DNA of 64,000 bases from Roseovarius sp. (lineage in GTDB: Bacteria > Pseudomonadota > Alphaproteobacteria > Rhodobacterales > Rhodobacteraceae). The notes under the pieces were generated by a model. It made no database searches. It was not told the origin of the DNA and worked only from the letters and a program-made list of their open reading frames with translations. The position numbers and the translations under genes are program-made. Every line of letters starts with the position of its first letter. The stretch's first letter is position 1. Below are positions 1 to 8,809 of the stretch, in pieces. The DNA is taken from the NCBI GenBank assembly GCA_026709325.1, contig JAPOTF010000066.1, positions 4,501 through 68,500 of the forward strand, in the 5' to 3' direction.

Positions 1-28
1 ACTTCATTGTCCCGGTGAACCGCACGCA

Positions 29-223
29 ATGCCAGATTGCTTCCAGGTGTGCAAAAACCTGCCTGTGCAGCACCCTGAATACCAACCGAAACAGGGTGAA
101 GTCGCGAAATGGAAACCAGTGCATCAAGTCAAATGCTTATTAGGCGCTTTCGACCTCTTCCATGACGGTGTCACCATGCCCCAGCGCTTCGAGCGCAGTG
201 GCCGCGATGTGGCGTGCGCTTAA
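29..223 (+). CDS. Small Cys-containing ORF, copy A of a paralogous pair (YdhL/DUF1289-like layout). May be truncated, since its 3' part overlaps dxs antisense
   Basis: The frame is open back to nt 2. It shares collinear blocks C-x3-C-K-N, P-E-Y-Q and Q-G-E-V-A-K-W with the minus-strand ORF 2464..2742. Differences inside the blocks are mostly synonymous third-position changes. Similarity ends near the dxs stop codon (140..142). Confidence 0.3.
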   Translation: MPDCFQVCKNLPVQHPEYQPKQGEVAKWKPVHQVKCLLGAFDLFHDGVTMPQRFERSGRDVACA

Positions 224-2062
224 GCCCGCGGCCTCATATTGAAGATCTGGCTTGTCCTGATCAAGGAACCGGTCTGGAAGCACCATCGGCCTGATTTTTA
301 GTCCTTTGTCAAGCATCTGCCGCACGGCCAGGAAGTGCAGCGCTTGGGACGCGAATCCACCAATGGATCCCTCCTCTATGGTGATTAGGACATCGTGCTC
401 GCGCGCAAGTTGGAGCGTCAGTTCTTCGTCAATCGGTTTTGCAAACCGGGCATCGGCAACCGTAGTCGATATTCCCCGGGCGGCCAGATCTTCGGCCGCT
501 TTTAACGCCTCATGCAGGCGCGCGCCGTAAGAGAGAATTGCCACGGTCGAACCCTCTCGCAGAACTCGACCCTTTCCAATAGGAAGGGGTTCGCCACGAT
601 CGGGAAGGGGTTCGCCGAATCCGACGCCGCGAGGATAACGAAGCCCGGACGGACGATCATCAATCGCCACCGCTGTCGCCACCATATGCACTAGTTCAGC
701 CTCATCTGCCGCCGCCATTAAAACCATTCCCGGCAAGCAGCCGAGATAGGCAATGTCATACGCGCCGGCGTGGGTCTGGCCGTCAGCGCCGACCAAACCC
801 GCACGATCCATTGCAAAGCGCACCGGGAGGCTCTGGATTGCCACGTCATGGACGATTTGATCAAAAGCGCGCTGGAGAAAGGTGGAGTAAATCACTGCAA
901 AGGGCTTCATTCCATCGGCTGCGAGGCCGGCGGAGAAGGTCACGGCATGTTGCTCGGCGAGTCCGACATCAAAGGCACGGTCAGGGAACGCCTTCTGGAA
1001 TGCGTCTACGCCCGTGCCGGAAGGCATCGCCGCAGTGATGGCAACAATTTTATCATCCTTTTCCGCTTCGGCGATCAGGCTGTTGGCGAACACCTTGGTA
1101 AAAGAGGGAACGTTTGTCTTTGACTTGTCCTGTATCCCGGTATTCACTTCAAATCTCGAAACGCCATGATACCTGTCAGCCGATTTCTCGGCAGGATTAT
1201 AGCCTTTTCCCTTCACCGTAACGGCGTGAATTAAGATGGGCCCGTCGGCTTTGTCATCTCGGGCATTCTTCAAAACAGGAATCAAGTGATCCAGATTGTG
1301 TCCATCGATTGGTCCAACATAGAAAAAGCCAAGCTCTTCGAACAGCGTGCCGCCGCTCACCAGGCCACGGGCATACTCTTCCGCCCTTTTCATTCCGCGT
1401 TCCACGACACCGGGGAATCTCTCGGCGAGACTATGGGCGGTGCCTCGCAAGTTTCGATAACTCTTTGACGATATCAGCCGCGACAGATAAGCGCTCATCG
1501 CTCCGACCGGTGGAGCAATCGACATGTCGTTGTCGTTCAGGATCACGATTAGGCGATTGCCCAGAGAACCGGCATGGTTGAGACCCTCATATGCCATGCC
1601 TCCGGTCAATGCGCCGTCGCCAATCACCGCGATTACGTTTTTGTCCCCATGCTGGAGATCGCGCCCGACCGCAAAGCCCAGTCCGGCGGAAACCGACGTC
1701 GAGGCATGCGCCGCTCCGAACGGGTCATACTCGCTCTCAGAACGCTTGGTAAATCCCGAAAGGCCTCCACCTTGGCGGATCGTGCGAATTCGATCGCGCC
1801 TTCCTGTAAGAATCTTGTGCGGGTAGCACTGGTGTCCGACGTCCCATATCAGTATGTCATCCGGCGTGTCGAATAGATGATGCAACGCAACCGTGAGCTC
1901 CACCACACCAAGACCGGCACCGAGATGTCCGCCAGTTGTCGATACGGCATCAATCAGTTCGGCGCGCAGTTCGTCTGCCACTTTGCGCAATTCTGCGAGG
2001 GACAGTCTACGCAGGTCGCGTGGCCATTTGATCTGGTCAAGTAATGGTGTTTCAATTGTCAT
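140..2062 (-). CDS. dxs: 1-deoxy-D-xylulose-5-phosphate synthase
   Basis: Full-length 640-aa ORF. The N-terminal block [46 protein letters not shown] and the [15 protein letters not shown] block are typical of the DXS TPP-binding region. Confidence 0.95.
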   Translation of the reverse strand: MTIETPLLDQIKWPRDLRRLSLAELRKVADELRAELIDAVSTTGGHLGAGLGVVELTVALHHLFDTPDDILIWDVGHQCYPHKILTGRRDRIRTIRQGGGLSGFTKRSESEYDPFGAAHASTSVSAGLGFAVGRDLQHGDKNVIAVIGDGALTGGMAYEGLNHAGSLGNRLIVILNDNDMSIAPPVGAMSAYLSRLISSKSYRNLRGTAHSLAERFPGVVERGMKRAEEYARGLVSGGTLFEELGFFYVGPIDGHNLDHLIPVLKNARDDKADGPILIHAVTVKGKGYNPAEKSADRYHGVSRFEVNTGIQDKSKTNVPSFTKVFANSLIAEAEKDDKIVAITAAMPSGTGVDAFQKAFPDRAFDVGLAEQHAVTFSAGLAADGMKPFAVIYSTFLQRAFDQIVHDVAIQSLPVRFAMDRAGLVGADGQTHAGAYDIAYLGCLPGMVLMAAADEAELVHMVATAVAIDDRPSGLRYPRGVGFGEPLPDRGEPLPIGKGRVLREGSTVAILSYGARLHEALKAAEDLAARGISTTVADARFAKPIDEELTLQLAREHDVLITIEEGSIGGFASQALHFLAVRQMLDKGLKIRPMVLPDRFLDQDKPDLQYEAAGLSARHIAATALEALGHGDTVMEEVESA

Positions 2063-2225
2063 GGCAAGATCCTAATCCAAAAATTTCGGCGCGGCAAATC
2101 GCAACATTAACAGAACCGAAACACGTTCCCGGCGTTCCGAATGATCCGCATTCGACATCGGCATGTCCGTATATGTTATCATGACATCCCGCCTTGATTC
2201 GGCATTTGTTTATAGCAATTTTCAT
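2052..2225 (-). CDS. Hypothetical 57-aa Cys/His-rich small protein whose stop overlaps the dxs start
   Basis: ATG at 2223..2225 is preceded by GGGAGGAAAA (GGAGG 5 nt upstream). Peptide: [57 protein letters not shown] (6 Cys, 3 His). Its TGA at 2052..2054 lies 8 nt inside dxs (ATG 2060..2062). No family recognised. Confidence 0.35.
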   Translation of the reverse strand: MKIAINKCRIKAGCHDNIYGHADVECGSFGTPGTCFGSVNVAICRAEIFGLGSCHDN

Positions 2226-2463
2226 TTTTCCTCCCGTGTCCACAGTGGATTTTCGCACGTTATTGTTTACTTTCCAGGGAGTAAAGTCCATCCCGATGCC
2301 TGCAATGCATAAACATTTCCCCACATCAGGCTGCCTTGCGCAAATCGATTAAATCGGCCAACTGGTTGGCTCAGAGCTTGACTGATAATGCCATATATCG
2401 GCTTCAAGAGGCAGTGTGCGCGAATTTCGATACATTATATGGTTTGCAGGCATGGCTTTTAGA

Positions 2464-2742
2464 TCAAGCTATTGGGCTTGGGCTGCGGCATCTGAGCGCC
2501 ATCATCCCGTTGGCGCCGCAAAGGCGACGTAGAGCAACCATATCGCACTGCTTTTCCTTTTGCAACAATCTCCATTTTGCAACATCCCCCTGTGGCTCCG
2601 GAACCATCCGGCATTTGCCCCCTGCCTGGTATTCGGGACAGTAAATACCATGGAGATTGTTTTTGCAACAACGGATGCAGGCCGCCGCCTGATGTTGCGG
2701 GAACTCCTCGAGTTCGGCGGTCGCTTCGTCGGACCGGGGCAT
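2464..2742 (-). CDS. Small Cys-rich protein, copy B of the paralogous pair (YdhL/DUF1289-like layout)
   Basis: 92-aa ORF MPRSDEATAELEEFPQHQAAACIRCCKNNLHGIYCPEYQAGGKCRMVPEPQGDVAKWRLLQKEKQCDMVALRRLCG... The blocks it shares with ORF 29..223 differ mainly at synonymous sites. The W-x5-EKQ-x6-L-x2-LC tail resembles E. coli YdhL as I recall it. Confidence 0.45.
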   Translation of the reverse strand: MPRSDEATAELEEFPQHQAAACIRCCKNNLHGIYCPEYQAGGKCRMVPEPQGDVAKWRLLQKEKQCDMVALRRLCGANGMMALRCRSPSPIA

Positions 2743-2799
2743 CTTTCGAAAATTTGAAATGTGAAAAATTCGAACGATGCCGAATTGGGCTTCGAATCA

Positions 2800-3260
2800 T
2801 CCCGCCACCTTTCCAGTCGAGAGATCGCGCGTCTGATGTCGTTGTCCCTGCCATGCGCAGCATGCGATGTTGATGTCGCCGGCGGGGCGACCGGGGATTC
2901 GACAAAAGCCTCCGGGCGTCGCGACGCGTCGCCCTGACGAAAATCTCCTCCGGCTCCCCATCGCGGTCGGCGTGGCGCCCGTTGATGCGGGCAAACCCCT
3001 TCATCCGGCCAGCGCGACCCCATCCCACCGCCCTGCACATCGCGCCGGGCGCGGAGAGAACCGGAAACCGGGTGTTGTTCGCCACCCTTTCAAGCCGCCA
3101 GGCCGCAAGCGCAGGCCACTCGTCCTCAAAGGCCGCGACGTGGCGCGGAACGGCCCGCAATCCGTTTGAGGCCGAGATGGTGGCGCGTCCCAAAACGGTC
3201 GCTCCCCCCCCCGGGGGGGTTGCCCGGCGAACCTCGCCATCCGAAATGCGGAAGCCAAAT
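2800..3260 (-). pseudogene. GC-rich stretch with no intact gene; possible glutathione S-transferase C-terminal remnant
   Basis: All six frames give Arg/Pro/Gly-rich ORFs. The only protein-like stretch (minus strand) is LGRATISASNGLRAVPRHVAAFEDEWPALAAWRLERVANNTRF, which resembles the GST C-terminal pattern (P-x-L-x-x-W-x-x-R). No matching N-terminal domain fits in the space available. Confidence 0.25.
3204..3219. repeat. Homopolymer palindrome C9 followed by G7
   Basis: Read directly: gctCCCCCCCCCGGGGGGGttgc, with C at 3204..3212 and G at 3213..3219. Confidence 0.95.
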
Positions 3261-3417
3261 CTTCACGCGAACAGGCAAGGGAAAATGCAACATGTTAATG
3301 CAAAAATCAAAAAATTAGCGTGGTACAAGCCTTCAAGACACCGAACTTTATTGAATATTCGCTGAAATGTGTATATATGATAATGTGCATACGCTAATCC
3401 AGAGCGAGGAATTTTAA

Positions 3418-4629
3418 ATGCAAGATGCTTCTTCTCAAATGGAAAGCTACGAGAGTTACACACGCCCTCCAACCGCCTACCTTGAAGGATATCCGAAAGG
3501 CCTGCAGTTTGATCCGGCAAGGGCGGAGAATTACATCGCGCACACGGCTATCGGGGATCCCCTCGCGGACAGGATGGTCATCGACCTCGAATCCATGGGA
3601 AAAGAGGAATCTGCCAGGCTTATCAAGCTTGGCATGCACGAATACGATCCCGACGCGCTAAAGGACGCGCCGGATTCAGTCAGAGAATTTTTTGCGCATT
3701 GCGCCGAACCGCCAGAGTGGCTCGACCTGCCCTCGTTCTTGCCCGGCTGCAGAATGTTCCACCGGAACACGCGTCTCGTGCTGGCCAGCATGGTGGGCGG
3801 TGTATTGGTTGAAGGGTTTTGCACGAACATTGCAAAGTCATTTTTCCTGACCGGACGGCTGCGAGATCAGGGCGTGCGACGCCTAAAGCAAAACAACCGT
3901 CACATGCTTGAGATTTTCATGCCCGGGGGCATGGCGAGACATGCCGACGGCTGGACGCACTCCGTTCGCATCAGGCTGGTACATGCGAAGGTTCGGAGGC
4001 TGCTGTCCAATTCCGATGAATGGGACTCCGACGAATTGGGCGTTCCACTATGCTCCGCGCACCTGGGATTCGCCATCTCCGCCTTTTCCGCAAGAGCGCT
4101 GAAACACCTGAAGAAACTCGGTGCGTCGTTTGACGTGCGGGAACGCGAAAGTTTCATGGCCGTCTGGCGATATAGCGGCTACCTCATTGGCATCCCGGAA
4201 ACAATCCTGTTTCGCGACGAAAAAGACGCTTTGGAAATTTTCGAGACCGGCCGTTTGTGCGAGCCGGCCCCGTCGTTGGAATCGATATCCATGGCCTCGG
4301 CTTTGGTTAATTCGGCGCCATTGTTCGCGGGACTGAACGAGAGGAGAGACCGCCGGAAACTGGCTGGCTATATCGCGCAGATTTCTCGAGCCTTAATAGG
4401 AAATGAGCTTGCGAATGAACTTAAATATCCGAGGGATTCGACATTTGGAGTCCTCTGGAAGTTCCGCGCGCTTAATCGGATTGAACGGATTATAGAATAC
4501 CTGAAGCTTGGCCCATTGCGGGAAGAGTCGAATCTCACCACAATTCTTGATGTCTCCATGTTCGATGAGCAGGGCATCAGCTACAAAATGCCCGATCACA
4601 TTTATGCCGAACAATCTTCGAAGTGGTAG
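3418..4629 (+). CDS. Oxygenase MpaB family / DUF2236 domain protein
   Basis: 403-aa ORF. The GDPLAD block, the W-x-H-x-x-R-I-R-L-V-H-A-x-V-R segment (GWTHSVRIRLVHAKVRRLL) and the overall length fit the DUF2236 family as I know it. Confidence 0.6.
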   Translation: MQDASSQMESYESYTRPPTAYLEGYPKGLQFDPARAENYIAHTAIGDPLADRMVIDLESMGKEESARLIKLGMHEYDPDALKDAPDSVREFFAHCAEPPEWLDLPSFLPGCRMFHRNTRLVLASMVGGVLVEGFCTNIAKSFFLTGRLRDQGVRRLKQNNRHMLEIFMPGGMARHADGWTHSVRIRLVHAKVRRLLSNSDEWDSDELGVPLCSAHLGFAISAFSARALKHLKKLGASFDVRERESFMAVWRYSGYLIGIPETILFRDEKDALEIFETGRLCEPAPSLESISMASALVNSAPLFAGLNERRDRRKLAGYIAQISRALIGNELANELKYPRDSTFGVLWKFRALNRIERIIEYLKLGPLREESNLTTILDVSMFDEQGISYKMPDHIYAEQSSKW

Positions 4630-4731
4630 GAATTTGATGGACGTCCGTGGAGGCGTGTGCCCGATTGACCGCAAGAACCCGTGAAATCCGCCATATCCCT
4701 CTGATGGCAAGGCCTCTCCCGGCATGGTCTT

Positions 4732-5703
4732 TCAACCCTTTCCAAGCGCATCCATGGTCTTGACCAGTTCCGCGGTTATACCTGGCTCCGAGAGCGCATG
4801 ACCGGCCAGAGGAACCATGATCAGTCTTGCCTTGCGCCATAACTCGGAAAGCCTGAATGCCGTGGATGGCGGGCAAATCAGATCATACCGCCCCTGCACG
4901 ATAACTCCCGATATATCAGCGATTTTGTCAATGTTGTCATAAATATGCCCGTCTGTCTCCAGAAAGCCCCCGTTTTTGAAATAATGGCATTCAATTCGAG
5001 CAAAAGCGCGGGCGTAACTGTTGGGGCAGTTGCCCGCATTTTCATTTGCCCCTATTGTTGCAAGTGCGCTTTCCCACCTGGTCCATGTATAGGAATAAAG
5101 CGATTCCTCCATGGTGTTCCCCGAAAAAAGACGTCTGTGGTACGCCTCTATCATGTCATCGCGCTCCTCGCGCGGAATTACGGATTGAAAACTGCGCCAT
5201 TGCTCGGGCATAAATCGCCCGGCACCGCCCGCGTAAAACCAGTCAATTTCATCTTGAGTCATTGCGAACACGCCACGAAGGACCAGATTTTTGACTCGGT
5301 GAGGATAGCTCTGGGCGTAAATCAGTCCAAGGGTTGCCCCCCAGCTTCCGCCGAACACGACCCAGCTATCTATATCCAGCGCAATTCGAATGCGCTCCAT
5401 GTCATCAACGAGATGCCATGTCGTGTTAAACTCCGTGCTGGAATGGGGGCGCGACCTGCCGCATCCTCTCTGGTCGAAAAGAATCACCCGGTAAATCTTG
5501 GGGTTGAAATATCTTCTCATTGATGAATTGCACCCGCCACCGGGGCCACCATGGAGCACCACAACCGGCAATCCCGAGGGATTGCCAACCTGCTCGTAAT
5601 AGATCTCATGCCCGTCACTCACAGACAGCATGCGTTTCTGGAAGGGTTCAATTGGCGGGTACAGATATTTGAAAGCGTTTATGGGGCCGGAGTGTTCGTC
5701 CAT
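4732..5703 (-). CDS. pip: Prolyl aminopeptidase (proline iminopeptidase)
   Basis: [20 protein letters not shown] and the nucleophile elbow GGSWGATLG. Start trimmed to MDEHSGP (ATG 5701..5703), which removes the overlap with divergent ubiG. Confidence 0.9.
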   Translation of the reverse strand: MDEHSGPINAFKYLYPPIEPFQKRMLSVSDGHEIYYEQVGNPSGLPVVVLHGGPGGGCNSSMRRYFNPKIYRVILFDQRGCGRSRPHSSTEFNTTWHLVDDMERIRIALDIDSWVVFGGSWGATLGLIYAQSYPHRVKNLVLRGVFAMTQDEIDWFYAGGAGRFMPEQWRSFQSVIPREERDDMIEAYHRRLFSGNTMEESLYSYTWTRWESALATIGANENAGNCPNSYARAFARIECHYFKNGGFLETDGHIYDNIDKIADISGVIVQGRYDLICPPSTAFRLSELWRKARLIMVPLAGHALSEPGITAELVKTMDALGKG

Positions 5704-5753
5704 GGCAAACCTGTTTTTTAAACCTATATACACATGGGCACCTGGAGAGCAAA

Positions 5754-6497
5754 ATGCAAGCTGACAAAAGCACCATTGATGCTGAAGAAATTGCCAAATT
5801 TGAAGCCATGGCATCCGAATGGTGGAATCCGGAAGGCATGTTCAAGCCCCTGCACATGCTCAATCCCTGCAGGCTTGACTATATATTATCTCAAATTTCG
5901 GCCGAATTTGATCGGGATTTCTCAAAGCCAGAGCCTTTGAATGGACTTCGAATTCTCGATATTGGCTGCGGCGGGGGGCTTCTTGCCGAACCCATGGCCC
6001 GTCTCGGCGGAAACGTCATTGGGGCGGATGCGGTTGAACGCAATGTTGCCGTCGCGAAAATTCACTCGGAACAGTCAGGTCTCAACATTGACTATCGACA
6101 TGCCAGCGCGGAAGATCTCGCGGCCTCTTCCGAAAAATTCGATGTGATACTTAACATGGAGGTAATCGAGCATGTTGCGGACCCGTCGGCATTTCTGACG
6201 GCCTGCCGCCAAATGCTCGGCCCCGGAGGCCTGCATATCTGCTCGACCATAAACCGGAACGCAAAAAGCTTTGTCATGGCCATACTGGGAGCCGAATACA
6301 TATTGCGGTGGCTTCCCAAAGGAACGCATAACTGGAACAGGCTGATCACTCCAGAGGAATTGTCCAGACTGCTTGAGCAAGCGGGAATGACTTGCGTGGA
6401 TCAAAAGGGTTTTGTGTTTAATCCTCTGACATGGTCATGGTCGATATCCTACCGCGATCTAAGCGTGAACCACGTCTCAACCAGCATATGCAAGTAG
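5754..6497 (+). CDS. ubiG: Bifunctional 3-demethylubiquinol 3-O-methyltransferase / 2-polyprenyl-6-hydroxyphenol methylase
   Basis: [17 protein letters not shown]...LHMLNP and SAM motif [20 protein letters not shown], with typical length (247 aa). Confidence 0.9.
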   Translation: MQADKSTIDAEEIAKFEAMASEWWNPEGMFKPLHMLNPCRLDYILSQISAEFDRDFSKPEPLNGLRILDIGCGGGLLAEPMARLGGNVIGADAVERNVAVAKIHSEQSGLNIDYRHASAEDLAASSEKFDVILNMEVIEHVADPSAFLTACRQMLGPGGLHICSTINRNAKSFVMAILGAEYILRWLPKGTHNWNRLITPEELSRLLEQAGMTCVDQKGFVFNPLTWSWSISYRDLSVNHVSTSICK

Positions 6498-6676
6498 CCC
6501 AAAACGGCATTAAATCCCAATTGTTTTCGCGATCAGACAAACTTTTGCGGTTACGTATATGTCCGGACGTTAAATTCAGGCGCATAATGCCTTAAGTCCC
6601 GGTCATCTACGCTGCCGCGCAAATCACTGGCAATAAATCAAATTGCGGAATGCGCCACGGAGCGTTCCCGTTCCTT

Positions 6677-7525
6677 TCATGATTCCGACGACTGCGGACC
6701 GCTAAACGAGCTTTCGCAATTAAGCGATGAAATGCGTTTGCGAGCCTTTGCAACTTCCGCCATATCAAGATGAACCAGCGTTACTCCCGTTTCGCCTCCC
6801 ATATCGGCAATAACCTCGCCCCAGGGGCCCACCGCAAGCGAATGACCGTATGTCTCTCGTTGTCTTCCGCGGGACGCTTTGTGAATCCCCGTCTGCGCCG
6901 GAGCCAGAATATAGCTGCCGGTTTCTATCGCTCTCGCTCGAAGCAATGTTTCCCAATGCGCATGCCCCGTGATCGGTGAAAATGCCGATGGAATCGTCAG
7001 TATTCCCGCACCGGATTGAGCTAAAATTCTGTAGAGAGCCGGAAATCTGACATCATAGCATATTGTCATGCCGATTATGGCAAATGGCGTGTGGCACAAG
7101 ACGGATTTTTCGCCAGGCCGGTATCCGCCGGACTCGCGAAATGTTTCCTTTTCCGACAGATCGACGTCAAACATGTTGATTTTGTCATATGAAGCCATAA
7201 CGCCCCCGTTTGGTCCAATCAGAAACGAGCGGTTCGCAAATCTGCCATCCGGATCACCGGATTTTAAAGCCAGAGAACCGATAAGCAGCCATATGCTGTT
7301 TTTTTGCGCCACAAGGCGCAGTTCGGCCAGAGTCATGTCATCTTCCTGGTGCCGCAAAACCTGATTTTGACGCGTCCTGCTGGACGAAACGCAATTTGTG
7401 ACTTCGGGAGTCAGGACAAAACCGGCGCCCTCCATTTTCGCCTTGCGTATATGTTCCGCGACAATGGGCAGATTTTCCGCGGGATCGTCACTGGAGGACA
7501 ATTGAATGAGCGCGGCCCTGATCAT
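6677..7525 (-). CDS. Carbon-nitrogen hydrolase family protein (Nit/omega-amidase-like)
   Basis: Catalytic-Cys motif ICYDVRFPALY, a glutamate in LTPEV and a lysine in the YDKINMF region. 282 aa. Confidence 0.85.
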   Translation of the reverse strand: MIRAALIQLSSSDDPAENLPIVAEHIRKAKMEGAGFVLTPEVTNCVSSSRTRQNQVLRHQEDDMTLAELRLVAQKNSIWLLIGSLALKSGDPDGRFANRSFLIGPNGGVMASYDKINMFDVDLSEKETFRESGGYRPGEKSVLCHTPFAIIGMTICYDVRFPALYRILAQSGAGILTIPSAFSPITGHAHWETLLRARAIETGSYILAPAQTGIHKASRGRQRETYGHSLAVGPWGEVIADMGGETGVTLVHLDMAEVAKARKRISSLNCESSFSGPQSSES

Positions 7526-7776
7526 TGAAGCATTTGGTCCAGTTTGCCGGAGCGCTCAAGTTCATAGAGATCGTCAGATCCTCCCACATGGACTCCGTCG
7601 ATAAAAATTTGCGGAACGGTGTGACGGCCGTTTCCACGCTCCATCATCTCCGTTCTTCGACCCGGATCGGAAATCACATTGATCTCGGAGAAATTTACCT
7701 CTTTTTTCCTTAGCAGCCTCTTTGCCGCATGGCAGTATCCGCAAAATGGCGATGTATATATCTCAACGGATTTCAT
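7522..7776 (-). CDS. grxC: Glutaredoxin 3
   Basis: 84 aa with the CGYC active site (VEIYTSPFCGYCHAAKRLL), TVPQIFI and GG-DDL motifs. Its stop overlaps the downstream hydrolase start in an ATGA arrangement. Confidence 0.9.
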   Translation of the reverse strand: MKSVEIYTSPFCGYCHAAKRLLRKKEVNFSEINVISDPGRRTEMMERGNGRHTVPQIFIDGVHVGGSDDLYELERSGKLDQMLQ

Positions 7777-7927
7777 TGGTTTCCTCTTGCGTGAATTGTG
7801 AAGCCATTACCATAAACGAGCTTAAATTTCCAATATGCGGAGCTGATTTACATCCGCGCCTAAAATCAATTCCAAGTTAAAGATTGCCGGGGGCGGATGC
7901 TTGATATAATGCTTGCTTCTGTTTTCA

Positions 7928-8761
7928 ATGTCCAATCCAGAGCTGATGAACCAAATTCTGACTGACAGACCCGCCTTGTCCAGATACCGCAAGCGCGTCA
8001 AAAAATCCGAAGGCCGCCTGCTTCGGGAAGAAGCCGCATCGGAACTCAGGGAAAGGCTCGATCTTGTCAACAGATCTTTTTCCAGCCCAGTAATTGTCAG
8101 CGCTCATCCGAAATTCTGGAAAGATGCATTCAATGGCGACAAATCCCTCAAAGACGGGGAACTGCATGACATTGAAGCAGGTGCCCATGATCTTGCGGTG
8201 CATGCCATGTGCCTTCACTGGGCCAACGACCCTGTTGGCCAGCTAATCCAGATGAAGCGCGCCCTTCGGCCGGACGGATTGTTTCTGGGAATTTGTCCAG
8301 GCGGGCAAACCATGAGTGAATTGAGAAGCTGCCTTGCGCAGGCCGAAATGGAAATAACGGGCGGCATGTCGCCACGCGTGGCACCGATGGCTGAAATCCG
8401 GGATCTCGGCTCGCTGCTTCAGCGGGCCGGTTTCGCATTGCCCGTTGCGGACAGCATAACCCGAAGGCTCAGTTACAGTTCACCGCTCCATCTTGTGCAT
8501 GACATTCGCAAAACAGGCGAGTCCAACGCGCTGGAATCCCGTTTGCGCCATTTCACGAGACGCGGAATATTTGATCGGGCGTTCGATCTCTATCTGGAAA
8601 ACTACGGCGATGATACCGGGGGAATTTATGCGACACTTGAAATTATCGTCCTGACCGGCTGGTCACCACATCCAGGTCAGCCGCAACCGCTTGCACCGGG
8701 TTCCGCATCGGTTGGTTTGGCGAATGCGTTAAGCGGAAAGAAATCTCCAACTTCAAATTGA
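7928..8761 (+). CDS. NDUFAF5-like (BioC-like) methyltransferase-fold protein with no recognisable SAM motif I
   Basis: LHWANDPVGQL, ALRPDGLFLG..PGGQTMSELR, GGMSPRVAPMAEIRDLGSLLQRAGFALPV, GESNAL and LTGWSP align with the NDUFAF5 family. Where motif I (LDLGCGxG) should be, the sequence reads VIVSAHPKF. Start placed at ATG 7928. Confidence 0.7.
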   Translation: MSNPELMNQILTDRPALSRYRKRVKKSEGRLLREEAASELRERLDLVNRSFSSPVIVSAHPKFWKDAFNGDKSLKDGELHDIEAGAHDLAVHAMCLHWANDPVGQLIQMKRALRPDGLFLGICPGGQTMSELRSCLAQAEMEITGGMSPRVAPMAEIRDLGSLLQRAGFALPVADSITRRLSYSSPLHLVHDIRKTGESNALESRLRHFTRRGIFDRAFDLYLENYGDDTGGIYATLEIIVLTGWSPHPGQPQPLAPGSASVGLANALSGKKSPTSN

Positions 8762-8809
8762 CCTGCAATGGTCCTATGCCTATTTCCTAACGCATAGTCC
8801 CAGATTCAA

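Noticed and set aside
2052-2324. The 90-aa version of the ORF upstream of dxs in the track.
   Set aside because: The first 33 codons have no ribosome-binding site. The internal ATG at 2225 has a strong GGAGG at the right spacing, so I kept the 57-aa version.
2350-2410. GGCTCAGAGCTTGACTGATAATGCC looks a little like the CUGAGA ... UGAUAAUGCC part of a TPP riboswitch near dxs.
   Set aside because: It is on the strand opposite to dxs. It lacks the ACCC...GAACCUGAUC core and the closing helices, and no thiamine gene follows it.
2564-2661. A 12-bp inverted repeat (AACAATCTCCAT / ATGGAGATTGTT) encloses two small hairpins and three TTTTGCAACA motifs. I first read this as a structured leader RNA or riboswitch for dxs.
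   Set aside because: The stretch lies inside the minus-strand ORF 2464..2742, whose paralog at 29..223 conserves the protein (synonymous changes) but not the long stem. Coding sequence is the simpler explanation, although an RNA role is not formally excluded.
2884-3205. tmRNA-like signals: GGGGCGACCGGGGATTCGAC (2884..2903) resembles a tmRNA 5' end. TCGCTCC (3199..3205) would pair with GGGGCGA including a G3-U wobble. An upstream ...CTTCGAATCATCCCGCCACC (about 2790..2808) hints at a permuted acceptor piece.
   Set aside because: No proper T-arm precedes either candidate 3' acceptor strand. The alternative acceptor pairing lacks G3-U. No tag reading frame ending in a hydrophobic ...AA-stop could be found after the 5' piece, and TCGCTCC is followed by C-run rather than ACCA. 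I treat this as coincidence inside a GC-rich remnant. A covariance-model scan (a tmRNA model including the two-piece alphaproteobacterial form) would settle it.
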